This document shows positions 40,879-50,935 of a stretch of 51,617 nucleotides of DNA, piece after piece (position 1 is the stretch's first letter; each line of letters starts with the position of its first letter). Origin of the DNA: Sphingomonadales bacterium. GTDB lineage: Bacteria > Pseudomonadota > Alphaproteobacteria > Sphingomonadales > Sphingomonadaceae. Location: positions 1 through 51,617 of the forward strand of contig JAIXQY010000219.1 in assembly GCA_027485485.1 (NCBI GenBank), in the 5' to 3' direction. The translations under genes were made by a program, and so were the position numbers. The notes below the pieces were generated by a model. That model ran no database searches and was not told the DNA's origin. It saw only the letters and a list, made by a program, of their open reading frames with translations.

Positions 40879-41129
40879 CCGCCGGTTACCGGGGGGAAGA
40901 TGGCGATTTCTGCCGCGCCGGTGATGGGCGTTTCGCCTCTCGCGAACGTCTGGTCCACGGCGACGCGGATGCGGCTGCGATCGGCCAGGGCGGCGGCGTG
41001 GCCGGGGCTTTGGCTGGCCAGCCAGTCGAGCAGGTTGGCGACGGTGGTGATGCCGGCGGGCAGGGCCAATGTTTCGGCATCCGTGCCGATCTGTTCGCGC
41101 ACCCAGGCGAAATACAGCAAGGTGATCAT
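40875..41129 (-). CDS. moaD: Molybdopterin synthase sulfur carrier subunit
   Basis: LLYFAWVRE N-terminus and C-terminal FPPVTGG. Confidence 0.95.
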   Translation of the reverse strand: MITLLYFAWVREQIGTDAETLALPAGITTVANLLDWLASQSPGHAAALADRSRIRVAVDQTFARGETPITGAAEIAIFPPVTGG

Positions 41130-41683
41130 CACATATGCTTCAGGCCGACGCGCAGATAATCATAGCCGGTGATGAGCGTGAGGATGGCGGCGATCCACAG
41201 CGTGACCAGGCCGATTTCCAGCGCCGGCAACCAGGGCAATATGGGCGCGGCGCCAGCCAGGATCAGCGCCCCCAGCGCCACCAGTTGCGCCGTGGTCTTC
41301 CATTTCGCCAGCTGGCTGACCGGCACCGACACCTGCAGCCCGGCCAGATATTCGCGCAGGCCCGAGACAAACATCTCGCGCAGCAGGATGATCAGGCCGG
41401 CAATCACGCTCCAGCCGTGCAGGGTCTGCGCATCCACCAGCATCAGGATGACGGCGGCGACCATGATCTTGTCGGCAATCGGGTCGAGAAACTGGCCGAT
41501 TTTCGAAACCGTGCCCCAGCTGCGCGCCAGATAGCCATCGAAATAATCGGTGATGGCCGCCAGCGTATAGAGCCCGAACGCCGCCAGCCATTCCCACGGG
41601 TTGGTGCTCCACATCAGGGCGACAAGGCCGGGCACCGCCAGGATGCGCGACAGGGTGAGCAGATTGGGGAGGCTGGACAACAC
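41129..41683 (-). CDS. pgsA: CDP-diacylglycerol--glycerol-3-phosphate 3-phosphatidyltransferase
   Basis: LPNLLTLSR, TDYFDGYLAR…GQFLDPIADK and AKWKTTAQ. Confidence 0.95.
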   Translation of the reverse strand: MLSSLPNLLTLSRILAVPGLVALMWSTNPWEWLAAFGLYTLAAITDYFDGYLARSWGTVSKIGQFLDPIADKIMVAAVILMLVDAQTLHGWSVIAGLIILLREMFVSGLREYLAGLQVSVPVSQLAKWKTTAQLVALGALILAGAAPILPWLPALEIGLVTLWIAAILTLITGYDYLRVGLKHM

Positions 41684-41737
41684 CCACCCTTCATAGGCAA
41701 TCCCAGCCCAAGTGAAAAGTGAAGGAAAGGCATGGGT

Positions 41738-42409
41738 ATGCAGGTTTCTGAAGCGGTAATGTCCCGCCGTTCGGTGCGCGGCTTTCTGCCCACGCCGGTG
41801 GATGCCGCCGTGCTGCGCCGGGTGGTGGAACGGGCGGCCTGGGCGCCATCAGGCGGCAATCTGCAACCCTGGCACATTGATGTGGTGGGCGGCGAAAAGC
41901 TGAATGAATTGAAGCACATCATGCTGGGCAAGCTGATGGCCGGCGGCCAGACCGAGCCGACCGAATATGATATCTATCCCAAGGAGCTGGCCAAGCCCTA
42001 CAGCGATTATCGCTTTGCCGTGGGCGAGGAGCTGTATGCCCGGCTGGGCATTCCGCGCGAAGACAAGATGGGCCGCCGCATGTGGTTTGCCCGCAATTTC
42101 CAGTTTTTCGGCGCCCCGGTGGCGCTGTTCTGCTCGGTGGACAAGCGCATGGGCCCGCCGCAGTGGAGCGACCTTGGCATGTATCTGCAGACGCTGATGC
42201 TGCTGCTGAAGGAGGAAGGGCTGGATTCGTGCCCGCAGGAATGCTGGGCGATCTATCCGCAGACCATCCGGGACTTCGTCGGCATTCCGGAAGAGCGCAT
42301 GCTGTTCACCGGCATGGCGATCGGTTTCATCGATCCCGATGACAAGGCCAATCTGGTCAAGCCGGCGCGGGCGCCCATGGCCGATTGGGCGGCCTTCCAC
42401 GGGATGTGA
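41738..42409 (+). CDS. Nitroreductase family protein
   Basis: SRRSVRGF, APSGGNLQPW and FFGAPV. Confidence 0.9.
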   Translation: MQVSEAVMSRRSVRGFLPTPVDAAVLRRVVERAAWAPSGGNLQPWHIDVVGGEKLNELKHIMLGKLMAGGQTEPTEYDIYPKELAKPYSDYRFAVGEELYARLGIPREDKMGRRMWFARNFQFFGAPVALFCSVDKRMGPPQWSDLGMYLQTLMLLLKEEGLDSCPQECWAIYPQTIRDFVGIPEERMLFTGMAIGFIDPDDKANLVKPARAPMADWAAFHGM

Positions 42410-43248
42410 TCCCGCTCTCCGCCCTTGCCGCCACGCTGCTTTCGGCGCTGATCCACGCCGGGTGGAATCTGTTCCTGAAAGGCTCGGCCGGGGATCGGCT
42501 GGTGGATCTGGCGGTGCTGGGCATTGGCGGGTCGCTGTTCGGCTGCGTGTTGATCGCGCTGTTCGGTGCGCCGCTGGATGGGGCGTGGCCGTTCATCCTG
42601 GCCAGTTGCGCCATCCACCTTGTCTATTGGACGGCGCTGACCAAAGGCTATGCGGCTGGCGATATGAGCCATGTCTATACCATCGCCCGCGGCATTGCCC
42701 CGGCGCTGGTCACCGTTGGTGCGGTGATCTTTGCCGGCGAGGTGCCGGGCCTGGGGCAGGGGTTGGGTGTGGTGGCGATTTCGTTGGGCGTGATGCTGGT
42801 GGGGGTGAACCGCGCCGCGCCGCTTGCGGCGACGGGCTGGGCCTTGCTCACTGGGGCGATGATTGCCGGCTATTCACTGGTGGATGCGATGGGTGTGCGG
42901 GTGAATGGCGATGTGTTCAGCTACAAGGGCTGGGGGGCGCTGTTCACCTTTCTGCCGGTCAGCCTGTTTGTCATCACTCGGCGCGGCCCGGCGGATTTCC
43001 TGGCGGCGGCGGCCGGGCGCTGGCGGCAGGGGTTGATCGCCGGGGCGCTGTCGAGCGCTGGTTTCATGCTGGTGCTGTGGGCCCAGATGCGCGCGCCGAT
43101 CGGGCCGATCACGGCGCTCAGGGAAACCAGTGTGCTGTTCGGCGCGGCGCTGGCAGCGCTGCTGCTGAAGGAACAGGTGACGCCGCGGCGTTGGGCCGGG
43201 GCGGCAGTGGTGTGTGCGGGGGCGATGCTGATCGGCTTTGGCGGTTAG
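42406..43248 (+). CDS. EamA/DMT family transporter
   Basis: About 10 hydrophobic helices; HAGWN, VYTIARG and ALRETSVLF motifs. GTG start overlaps the upstream stop. Confidence 0.88.
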   Translation: MIPLSALAATLLSALIHAGWNLFLKGSAGDRLVDLAVLGIGGSLFGCVLIALFGAPLDGAWPFILASCAIHLVYWTALTKGYAAGDMSHVYTIARGIAPALVTVGAVIFAGEVPGLGQGLGVVAISLGVMLVGVNRAAPLAATGWALLTGAMIAGYSLVDAMGVRVNGDVFSYKGWGALFTFLPVSLFVITRRGPADFLAAAAGRWRQGLIAGALSSAGFMLVLWAQMRAPIGPITALRETSVLFGAALAALLLKEQVTPRRWAGAAVVCAGAMLIGFGG

Positions 43249-43931
43249 GCTTCTCTGGGGCCCAGCCCCATCAGCTTCCTGGTGCGCGCGATGAAATCGC
43301 TGTTGTCGCCGCCGTCCTTCACCGGCGACACTTCGGGCACCTTCAGCCCGCGCTGCACGGCGGGGCGGGCGGCGATGCGGGTCTGCCAGCGGGTGAGGTG
43401 CGGGAAGGGGGTGATGTCCACCCCCGTCCAGCCGGCGGTGCGCACCCAGCAGAAATGCGCGATATCGGCGATGCTGTACTCGCCGGCCAGAAAATCCCGG
43501 TCGGCCAGCCGGCCATCCAATATGGCAAAGATGCGCTTCACTTCGCCGAGGTAGCGCGCTTGCACGGCCGGCAGTTTTTCCGGCCAATAATGCCCGAACA
43601 AATTGGCCTGGCCCATCATCGGCCCCAGCCCGCCCACCTGCAGCATCAGCCATTGCACCGCTTCGGAACGCCGGCGTGGATCGGCGGGCAGCAACTGCCC
43701 GGAGCGTTCCGCCAGCCACAACAGGATGGCGCCCGATTCCATCACGGCAAAGCCATCATCAACGATGGCCGGCACCTTGCCATTCGGGTTCAGCTTCAGG
43801 AAGGCGGCGCTCTTCTGCTCGCCCTTGGTGAGATCGAGCGGCTGCACCTGATAGGGCAGGCCCACTTCCTCCAGCGCGATGGAAACCTTGTAGCCATCGG
43901 GCGTTGGCGCGGTGAAGAGGGTGATGCTCAT
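43245..43931 (-). CDS. Glutathione S-transferase (YfcG/Nu-class-like)
   Basis: TPxG N-terminus, LNPNGKVPAI, ESGAIL, GLGPMMGQ and YSIADIA. Confidence 0.9.
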   Translation of the reverse strand: MSITLFTAPTPDGYKVSIALEEVGLPYQVQPLDLTKGEQKSAAFLKLNPNGKVPAIVDDGFAVMESGAILLWLAERSGQLLPADPRRRSEAVQWLMLQVGGLGPMMGQANLFGHYWPEKLPAVQARYLGEVKRIFAILDGRLADRDFLAGEYSIADIAHFCWVRTAGWTGVDITPFPHLTRWQTRIAARPAVQRGLKVPEVSPVKDGGDNSDFIARTRKLMGLGPREA

Positions 43932-43948
43932 GGCCACAGCCTACGCGT

Positions 43949-45865
43949 CTAGCCGTTCGGGTGGAAGTGCTGCCAGATCGCCAGCGCCATCTGGCTGGAA
44001 ATGCCGGGAGCGCGTTCCAGATCCTCCAGCGTGGCGCCCTTCACGGCGCGGCTGGTGCCGAAGTGCATCAGCAGCGCCTTCTTGCGGGCCGGGCCGATGC
44101 CGGGCACCTCGTCCAGCGGGCTTTGGGTGATGGATTTGGCGCGTTTGGCGCGGTGGGCGCCGATGGCGAAGCGGTGCGCCTCGTCGCGCAGGCGCTGCAG
44201 GAAGAACATCACCGGCACATTGGGCGGCAGGGTGAATTCGCGGCCGGATGGCAGATAGAAGGTCTCGCGCCCGGCATTGCGGTCCGGCCCCTTGGCGACG
44301 CCCACGATGGGCACATCCACGCCCAGTTCGGCCAGCGCGCTCATCACCGCCGAAACCTGGCCCTTGCCGCCATCGATCAGGCACAGATCGGGCCAATTGC
44401 CGCTTTCCCGGTCCGGGTCTTCGGCCTCCAGCCGGGCAAAGCGCCGGTGCAGCATCGCCTTCATCATGGCGAAATCATCGCCCGGCGTGATGCTTTCGTC
44501 TTTCATGTTGAACTTGCGATATTGGCCCTTCTGAAAGCCTTCCGGCCCGGCCACCACCATCGCACCCAGCGCATTTGTGCCATGGATATGGCTGTTGTCA
44601 TAAATCTCGATGCGCGCCGGCGGGCCATCCAGTTCGAAGATGTCGGCCAGTTCGCGCAGCAACTTGCCTTGCGTGGTGGTTTCGGCGCGGCGGCGCTGAA
44701 TGGCCTCTTCGGCGTTGCGCTGGGCCTGTTCCACCAGCTTCTTCGCCGGGCCGCGCTGGGCATGGCGGATATTCACCTTGCGCCCGGCCTTTTCCGACAG
44801 GGCTTCGGCCAGCAGGGCGGCTTCGGGCAGGGTGCGGTCGAGCAGCAGCTCCTTCGGTGGCGGCAATTCCTCATACAGCTGGGCGAGGAAGCTCTGCAGC
44901 ACCTCCGCCTCGTCCACCCCCTCGGTGTGGCCGGGGAAGAAGCTGCGATGGCCCCAGTTCTGGCCGCCGCGGATGAAGAAGATCTGCACGCACATGGCGC
45001 TGCCATCTGTGGCCATGGCGATCACATCGGCTTCGCTGGCGGCGCCTTCGGCGTTGATGGCCTGGCTGCCCTGGATGAAGGTGAGCGCCTTCAACCGATC
45101 GCGCAGCACGGCGGCGGTTTCAAAGTCCATGGCCTCGGCTGCCTCCTGCATGGCAGCGGCAAGCTTCCTCTGCGCCTCCTGCGTGCGGCCGGACAGGAAG
45201 CCCTTGGCATCCTCCACCAGCTCGGCATAGCCGCTGTCGCTGATGCGGCCGACGCACGGGGCGGAGCAGCGCTTGATCTGATAGAGGAGGCAGGGGCGGC
45301 TGCGGTTGGCAAAGAAACTGTCCGTACAGCTGCGCAGCAGAAACACCTTCTGCAGCGCGTTCAGCGTGGCATTCACCGCGCCGGCGCTGGCAAACGGGCC
45401 ATAGTAACTGCCCTTGGCCACCCGCGCGCCGCGATGCTTGGAGATGCGCGGGAATTCATGATCGGCGCGCAGCAGGATGAAGGGGAAGCTTTTGTCGTCG
45501 CGCAGCAGCACATTATAGGGCGGGCGATAGCGTTTGATCAGCTGGGCCTCCAGCAACAGCGCCTCGGCCTCGCTGTTGGTGGTGACGATCTCCATGCTGC
45601 GGGTTTGCGCCACCATGCGTTGCAGGCGGCGGGGCAGGCGGGTGACCTGGGTGTAGTTGGTCACGCGGTTCTTCAGCGTGCGCGCCTTGCCGACATAGAG
45701 GACATCGCCGCCGGCATCGATCATGCGATAGACGCCGGGCCGCAGCGGCAGGGTTTTCACCACGGCACGGATCGTTTCGACACCGCGATCCAGATCGGGC
45801 GCCTCCTTGCCGCGCACCGTGTAGGTCTGCGCTTCTTCGGAAAATCGGTCGGGCGTTTCGGTCAT
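43949..45865 (-). CDS. uvrC: Excinuclease ABC subunit C
   Basis: GIY-YIG (PGVYRM…LYVGKA), IEIYDNSH, LIDGGKGQ, RDEAHRFA and HhH motifs. Confidence 0.97.
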   Translation of the reverse strand: MTETPDRFSEEAQTYTVRGKEAPDLDRGVETIRAVVKTLPLRPGVYRMIDAGGDVLYVGKARTLKNRVTNYTQVTRLPRRLQRMVAQTRSMEIVTTNSEAEALLLEAQLIKRYRPPYNVLLRDDKSFPFILLRADHEFPRISKHRGARVAKGSYYGPFASAGAVNATLNALQKVFLLRSCTDSFFANRSRPCLLYQIKRCSAPCVGRISDSGYAELVEDAKGFLSGRTQEAQRKLAAAMQEAAEAMDFETAAVLRDRLKALTFIQGSQAINAEGAASEADVIAMATDGSAMCVQIFFIRGGQNWGHRSFFPGHTEGVDEAEVLQSFLAQLYEELPPPKELLLDRTLPEAALLAEALSEKAGRKVNIRHAQRGPAKKLVEQAQRNAEEAIQRRRAETTTQGKLLRELADIFELDGPPARIEIYDNSHIHGTNALGAMVVAGPEGFQKGQYRKFNMKDESITPGDDFAMMKAMLHRRFARLEAEDPDRESGNWPDLCLIDGGKGQVSAVMSALAELGVDVPIVGVAKGPDRNAGRETFYLPSGREFTLPPNVPVMFFLQRLRDEAHRFAIGAHRAKRAKSITQSPLDEVPGIGPARKKALLMHFGTSRAVKGATLEDLERAPGISSQMALAIWQHFHPNG

Positions 45866-45926
45866 GCCCGCTTGCCGATAGCCGGGCTGACATGGCGAAT
45901 CCACATCTGCCTGCTATGGCGACATC

Positions 45927-47162
45927 ATGATTCGCATCGCGCCGCTGCTCCTCGCCCTGTTCCTGTTTGGCTGCCAAGCGCCGCCCGCCAAGGTCACGGC
46001 GGTTCCGCCGCCCGCCGCTGCAATGGCGGCTCCGCCAGTCATCCTGATTTCGGTCGATGGCCTGCGCGCCGATTATCTGCAGCGCGGCGTCAGCCCCACG
46101 ATCAACGCCCTGGCCGCGCGCGGGGTGACCACGGCCGCGATGCGCCCCAGCTTCCCCAGTCTCACCTTCCCCAACCATTATACTTTGGTCACCGGCCTGC
46201 GGCCCGATCGCCATGGCATCGTCAACAACAATATGGACGATCCCGAGCTGGGCCGCTTTGCCCTGTCCCGGCGCGAAGCGGTGGAGGATGCGCGCTGGTG
46301 GACCGATGCCGAACCGATCTGGGTGACGGCGGAGCGGGCCGGCCTGCCCACCGCCACCATGTTCTGGCCGGGCAGCGAAGCGGCGGTGCGCGGCGTGCGG
46401 CCCGGCCGCTGGCTGCCCTTTGATGGCCAGATGCCCAACACCGCCCGGGTGGCGCAGGCGCTGGCCTGGCTGGATGCCACACCGCGCCCGCGCTTCCTCA
46501 CCGTCTATTTCGACACGGTGGATCATGATGGCCATGATTTCGGCCCGGATTCGGCCGAGGTGACCAAGGCGGTGGCTGAAGTGGATGCGCGCATCGCCGA
46601 TCTGCTGGCCGGGCTGCAGGCGCGCGGGATCGATGCCAATATCGTGCTGGTCGCCGATCACGGCATGGCCCAGGTGAGCAATGATCGCCGCATCCTGCTC
46701 GATGCGCTGGTCAATCCGGCCGCCGTCAGGCTGGTGGCCGGTGGTGCCGTGGCGGCAATCAATCCGGCGCCGGGGCGCGAGGCCGAGGCCCGCGCCGCCC
46801 TGCTGCGCCCGCACCCGCACATGAGCTGCCACGACAAGGCCGATGTGCCGCCGCTCCTGCATTATGGCCGGCACCGCCGCGTGCCCGCCATCATCTGCAT
46901 TGCCGAATCCGGATGGATGATCTGGCTTGCCGCGCCCACGCCCGAACAGGCGGCGCGGCCGCTGGGCGGCATGCATGGTTATGACCCCGCCCACCCGGAC
47001 ATGGCGGCGGCGTTCGTGGCGGCCGGGCCGGCCTTTCGTGCCGGCGCCGTGCTGCCGCCGTTCGACAATGTGCATGTCCACCCGCTGCTGCTGCGCCTGC
47101 TGGGCCTGAAACCGATGGCCACGGATGGCGATGCGGCGGTGCTGGCACCGGCCCTGCGCTGA
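45927..47162 (+). CDS. Nucleotide pyrophosphatase/phosphodiesterase (alkaline phosphatase superfamily), probable lipoprotein
   Basis: LISVDG, PSLTFPNHYTLVTG, DHDGH, ADHG and GMHGY; lipobox-like LFGC. Confidence 0.92.
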   Translation: MIRIAPLLLALFLFGCQAPPAKVTAVPPPAAAMAAPPVILISVDGLRADYLQRGVSPTINALAARGVTTAAMRPSFPSLTFPNHYTLVTGLRPDRHGIVNNNMDDPELGRFALSRREAVEDARWWTDAEPIWVTAERAGLPTATMFWPGSEAAVRGVRPGRWLPFDGQMPNTARVAQALAWLDATPRPRFLTVYFDTVDHDGHDFGPDSAEVTKAVAEVDARIADLLAGLQARGIDANIVLVADHGMAQVSNDRRILLDALVNPAAVRLVAGGAVAAINPAPGREAEARAALLRPHPHMSCHDKADVPPLLHYGRHRRVPAIICIAESGWMIWLAAPTPEQAARPLGGMHGYDPAHPDMAAAFVAAGPAFRAGAVLPPFDNVHVHPLLLRLLGLKPMATDGDAAVLAPALR

Positions 47163-47208
47163 ACTGCACGTTGCGCTTGCGCGCGCGACGTTTTACCCGG
47201 CGCGCCTG

Positions 47209-47970
47209 ATGAGCCACGTTCCAAGCCAGACCGCAATCATCACCGGCGGTGCCAAGCGCATCGGCGGTGCCATCAGCCGCGCGCTGGCCGCCGATGGCTG
47301 GCACGTGCTGATCCACTGCAACCACAGCCGCGCCGAGGCTGAGGCGCTGGCCGCCAGCCTGCCGCATGCCAGCGTGGTCGCCGCCGATCTGGCCGATGCG
47401 GATGCAGCCGCGATCATCATGGCCGCCACGGCCGGCCTGCCGCCGGCCCGCCTGCTGGTCAACAGCGCCAGCCGCTTCGTTTATGACCGGATCGAGGATT
47501 TCGCCGCGGACGATTTCGATCTGCACATGGCGGTGAATCTGCGTGCGCCGGCGCTGCTCACCCGCGCCTTTGCCGCCGCCCTGCCTGACACGCTGGCCGA
47601 AGCCGCGCTGGTGGTGAATCTGCTCGATGCCAAGCTGGCCAGCCTGAACCCGGATTATTTCACCTACACCTTGTCCAAGATCGGCTTTGCCGGCCTGACC
47701 GAGTTGACGGCGCGATCCTATGCGCCGCGCCTGCGCTGTGCCGGCATCGCGCCGGCCGTCACCCTGGTGTCCGGCCCGCAGAGCCGGGAAAATTTCGACG
47801 CGGTGCACGCCCTCAACCCGTTGGGGCGCGGCGTCAGCGTGGATGAAATCGTCACCGCGCTGCGCTTCATTATCGCCACGCCCACCTTCAACGCGCAAAC
47901 CATCGTGCTGGATGGCGGGCAACGCCTGCTTGGCTTGCCGCGCGATGTTGCCCATATGGTTGATCTGTAA
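47209..47970 (+). CDS. SDR oxidoreductase (pteridine reductase/FolM-like)
   Basis: TGGAKRIG, LVNSAS and YTLSK; translationally coupled to folB. Confidence 0.85.
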   Translation: MSHVPSQTAIITGGAKRIGGAISRALAADGWHVLIHCNHSRAEAEALAASLPHASVVAADLADADAAAIIMAATAGLPPARLLVNSASRFVYDRIEDFAADDFDLHMAVNLRAPALLTRAFAAALPDTLAEAALVVNLLDAKLASLNPDYFTYTLSKIGFAGLTELTARSYAPRLRCAGIAPAVTLVSGPQSRENFDAVHALNPLGRGVSVDEIVTALRFIIATPTFNAQTIVLDGGQRLLGLPRDVAHMVDL

Positions 47971-48395
47971 TGCCTGATTCTGTGCCGCCCCCCACCTTCA
48001 TCGCCCCGCAGCCGCCCGGCCTGGTGCCGCAGCGCCTGGCGATTCGCACCCGCAAGCTGTTCCTCGAGGATTTCGATGTGCCGGTTGATATCGGCTTTCA
48101 CGATTTCGAGGTGGGCAGCCCGCAAACGCTGCGGATGAACATCGAAGTGTGGGTGGATGCCGGCCATTTCCCCGCCAGCGACACTGTGGACGAAGCCTGG
48201 GATTATGATTTCCTGCGGCAAGCGGTGCTGCGGCTGGTCGAAGGCCGCCGCTTCAACCTGCAGGAAACCGTGGTTTACGCCATTTATGATCTGGTGGCGG
48301 CGCGCGATGGCGTGGTGGGCCTGCGCGTGTCCACCCGCAAGCCGGATGTCTATCCCGATTGCCGGGCGGTGGGGGTGGAGCTCTCCAGCTTCTGA
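47970..48395 (+). CDS. folB: Dihydroneopterin aldolase
   Basis: IGFHDFE…Q, WDYD, FNLQE and RKPDVY. Confidence 0.85.
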   Translation: MPDSVPPPTFIAPQPPGLVPQRLAIRTRKLFLEDFDVPVDIGFHDFEVGSPQTLRMNIEVWVDAGHFPASDTVDEAWDYDFLRQAVLRLVEGRRFNLQETVVYAIYDLVAARDGVVGLRVSTRKPDVYPDCRAVGVELSSF

Positions 48396-49216
48396 CCGGT
48401 GCGCCCGCACGGGCCCAGGCTGGCCAGCGCATCGCGCCAGTCCCGGGCCAGGGCGGCATCGTCGCCGCCGGCCGCCAGGGGCAGCGTGGCGGGCAGGAAA
48501 CAGGCCAGACGATACCACAACAGACTGCCGGGCCGCACGGCTTCGGCCGATTCGTCGATGATGTCGCCGCGGGCCACCGCCACTCGGCGCTTTTCGCCGG
48601 GGCGGTTCTGCACCACCAGCGTGGCCGGCTTGCCATCGGCGCTGGTCAGGAAAAACTGGCTCTCGCTTTCGCCCGCCACTGTGCCATCGGCGCGGAAGCC
48701 GTTGCTCACCCCGGTGATCACCGGCACCTTGCCGGATCGCTGCTCGGCCACGATGGCCCGCACCTGATCAGCCAGCCCCGGATCAAACGCCTGCATGGCG
48801 CGATTTGACATCAGCCTTGTGCCGCCACCGGCACCGGGCGCGGCGACAAAGGCCAATATGTCCATGCCCTTGGCCTTGGGTGGCTGGCCTTTCGCATCGG
48901 CCGGCGCATCCCACAGCCAGGCCAGTGTCGCACCGCTGGCCTGCGGCGCCACCAGCAGATTGGTGATGTTGGCCGTCACCGCCAGGCGCACCCGGCCGGC
49001 TGGCACTGTTCCGGCCGGGCGCGGCAACGGCGCCTGGGCCCGCGTGATGGTGGCGCGCACGATCATCGGCGATGCCAGCACCAGATCGGCAATATCGGCA
49101 TAGCCAGCCAGCCGGTCGGGGTTGGCCGGCACGGCGCGCGCTGTCACCGCCTGCGCTGCGGCTGGCGCCGATATGCCAGACAAAATCAACAGCATGGGCA
49201 GAATCAGCGTGCGCAT
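48350..49216 (-). CDS. Hypothetical exported protein
   Basis: Signal peptide MRTLILPMLLILSGISAPAAAQ; two Cys near the C-terminus; genome-like codon usage. Confidence 0.75.
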   Translation of the reverse strand: MRTLILPMLLILSGISAPAAAQAVTARAVPANPDRLAGYADIADLVLASPMIVRATITRAQAPLPRPAGTVPAGRVRLAVTANITNLLVAPQASGATLAWLWDAPADAKGQPPKAKGMDILAFVAAPGAGGGTRLMSNRAMQAFDPGLADQVRAIVAEQRSGKVPVITGVSNGFRADGTVAGESESQFFLTSADGKPATLVVQNRPGEKRRVAVARGDIIDESAEAVRPGSLLWYRLACFLPATLPLAAGGDDAALARDWRDALASLGPCGRTGQKLESSTPTARQSG

Positions 49217-49458
49217 GGCCGGATGCTATGGAGATTCAGCCGCCAATCGCAACCCGCCTGCCACAAAGTGGGGGGAACAAAGCCCCAACATCGGCCGGCA
49301 AACGACGTAGGAGCGGCAAGCAAGGCCACAATGTGGCAAAAAGGCGGTTGCGGCTGCCCCAAGCTTGCGGTTAGAGGTAGCGCCGAGGGATGACGCAGGG
49401 TTTGAGGGGGGTCCTCTGTCCGCGGCTTGCCCAGTGACAAGGGAGTGCCAAACCAGCC

Positions 49459-50109
49459 ATGTCGTACATGGACACACCTGGGATGACCAAGAACCGGCAG
49501 ATCGCGCTGGTGGGCGTCGCCCTCCTGCACGTCCTGCTCGGTTATGCCATCGTTACCGGCTTCGCCATTTCGGTGATCAAGAAGATCGTCGAACCGATCG
49601 AAGCCGTGAACGTCGAGGAAGAGGCGCCGCCGCCAGACGAGCCGCCGCCGCCGCCGCCGAAGGAAATGGAAATTCCGCCCTTCGTGCCGCCGCCGGAGGT
49701 TTCGATTCAGTCTGACGCGCCGACCAACACCATCACCGTGCAATCGGAAGTGTCGCGTCCGGATCCGCCGCGCGTGGCGCCGCCGGCCCCGCCGGCCGAA
49801 CCGGCCCCGCCGGCCGTTGCGCCGACGCCGGCCACTGCTCGTGGCCGCGGCAACGTGATCTCCACGGACGATTACCCCAGCGCCTCGCGCGCCGCCGAAG
49901 AAGAAGGCGTGGTGCGTGTGAGCTACACAATCGGTGAAGATGGCCGCGTGACGGCGTGCGAAGTGGCAGCAACCAGCGGTTTCAGCCGCCTGGACGACGC
50001 CACCTGCAAGATCATCATGCGCCGCTGGCGGTTCAACCCGGCCACCCGCAACGGGCAGCCGGTTGCCGAACGCAAGACCCAGCCGGTGCGCTGGAAGCTC
50101 GAAGGCTGA
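49459..50109 (+). CDS. tonB: Energy transducer TonB
   Basis: N-terminal TM helix with His, Pro-rich spacer and C-terminal YP…EEGVV…SGFSRLD…RFNPA domain. Confidence 0.92.
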   Translation: MSYMDTPGMTKNRQIALVGVALLHVLLGYAIVTGFAISVIKKIVEPIEAVNVEEEAPPPDEPPPPPPKEMEIPPFVPPPEVSIQSDAPTNTITVQSEVSRPDPPRVAPPAPPAEPAPPAVAPTPATARGRGNVISTDDYPSASRAAEEEGVVRVSYTIGEDGRVTACEVAATSGFSRLDDATCKIIMRRWRFNPATRNGQPVAERKTQPVRWKLEG

Positions 50110-50172
50110 TGTTCAACCAATTCCGGTCTGGCAGCCGCCAGCCTGGGCAAATATAATCGAGGGAAGAAGAAA

Positions 50173-50904
50173 ATGCAGACCGAAGCCGCCGCTGGCGAAA
50201 ATCCTTATGGCCTGATGGCCGCCCTGGAGCAGGGTGGTGTGATCGCTTGGGCCGTGTTCCTGCTGATGGTTGTCATGTCGCTGTCCAGCTGGTTCGTGAT
50301 CATCACCAAGTATCTGGATCAGCGCAAGATTCTGAGCGAAGCTGCTGAACTGGAAAAGAAGTTCTGGTCGGCCAGCGACATCAAGTCGGGCGCTGCCAAG
50401 CTCGACAAGAACTCGCCGTTCCGCCAGATCGTTGATGACGGCCTGCGCGCTTCGGATCACCATGAAGGCCGCCTGACCGACAAGATCGATCAGCACGAGT
50501 GGGTGACGATGGCCCTGAACCGTTCGAACTCTGCCATCAACGGCAAGCTGTCCGGCGGCTTCTCGTGGCTGGCTTCGGTCGGTTCAACCTCGCCGTTCGT
50601 CGGTCTGTTCGGCACCGTCGTCGGCATCTATCGCGCTCTGATCAACATCGGCCTTGCTGGCCAGGCCTCGATCGACAAGGTCGCCGGCCCGGTGGGTGAA
50701 GCGCTGATCATGACCGCCCTGGGTCTGGCCGTGGCCGTTCCCGCCGTGCTGGGTTACAACTGGCTGACCCGCCGCAACAAGGACGTGGCCGATCGCCTGA
50801 ACAACTTCACGGCTGACGTGCACGGCGCGCTGGTGTCCGGTGCCCGCATTGCGCGTCCGGTTGCTGCTCCCGCTCCCGCCGCTGCGCCTGCCGCCAAGAA
50901 GTGA
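50173..50904 (+). CDS. exbB: MotA/TolQ/ExbB proton channel
   Basis: SPFVGLFGTVVGI and GEALIMTALGLAVAVPA. Confidence 0.92.
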   Translation: MQTEAAAGENPYGLMAALEQGGVIAWAVFLLMVVMSLSSWFVIITKYLDQRKILSEAAELEKKFWSASDIKSGAAKLDKNSPFRQIVDDGLRASDHHEGRLTDKIDQHEWVTMALNRSNSAINGKLSGGFSWLASVGSTSPFVGLFGTVVGIYRALINIGLAGQASIDKVAGPVGEALIMTALGLAVAVPAVLGYNWLTRRNKDVADRLNNFTADVHGALVSGARIARPVAAPAPAAAPAAKK

Positions 50905-50935
50905 TCGGCCCGATCACGACTGAGGAGACAGTCCA

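Noticed and set aside
43961-46423. 820-aa plus-strand ORF, and similar long ORFs at 25745-28045, 21509-23500 and 12575-14134
   Set aside because: They overlap well-supported genes antisense or out of frame and read as shadow translations.
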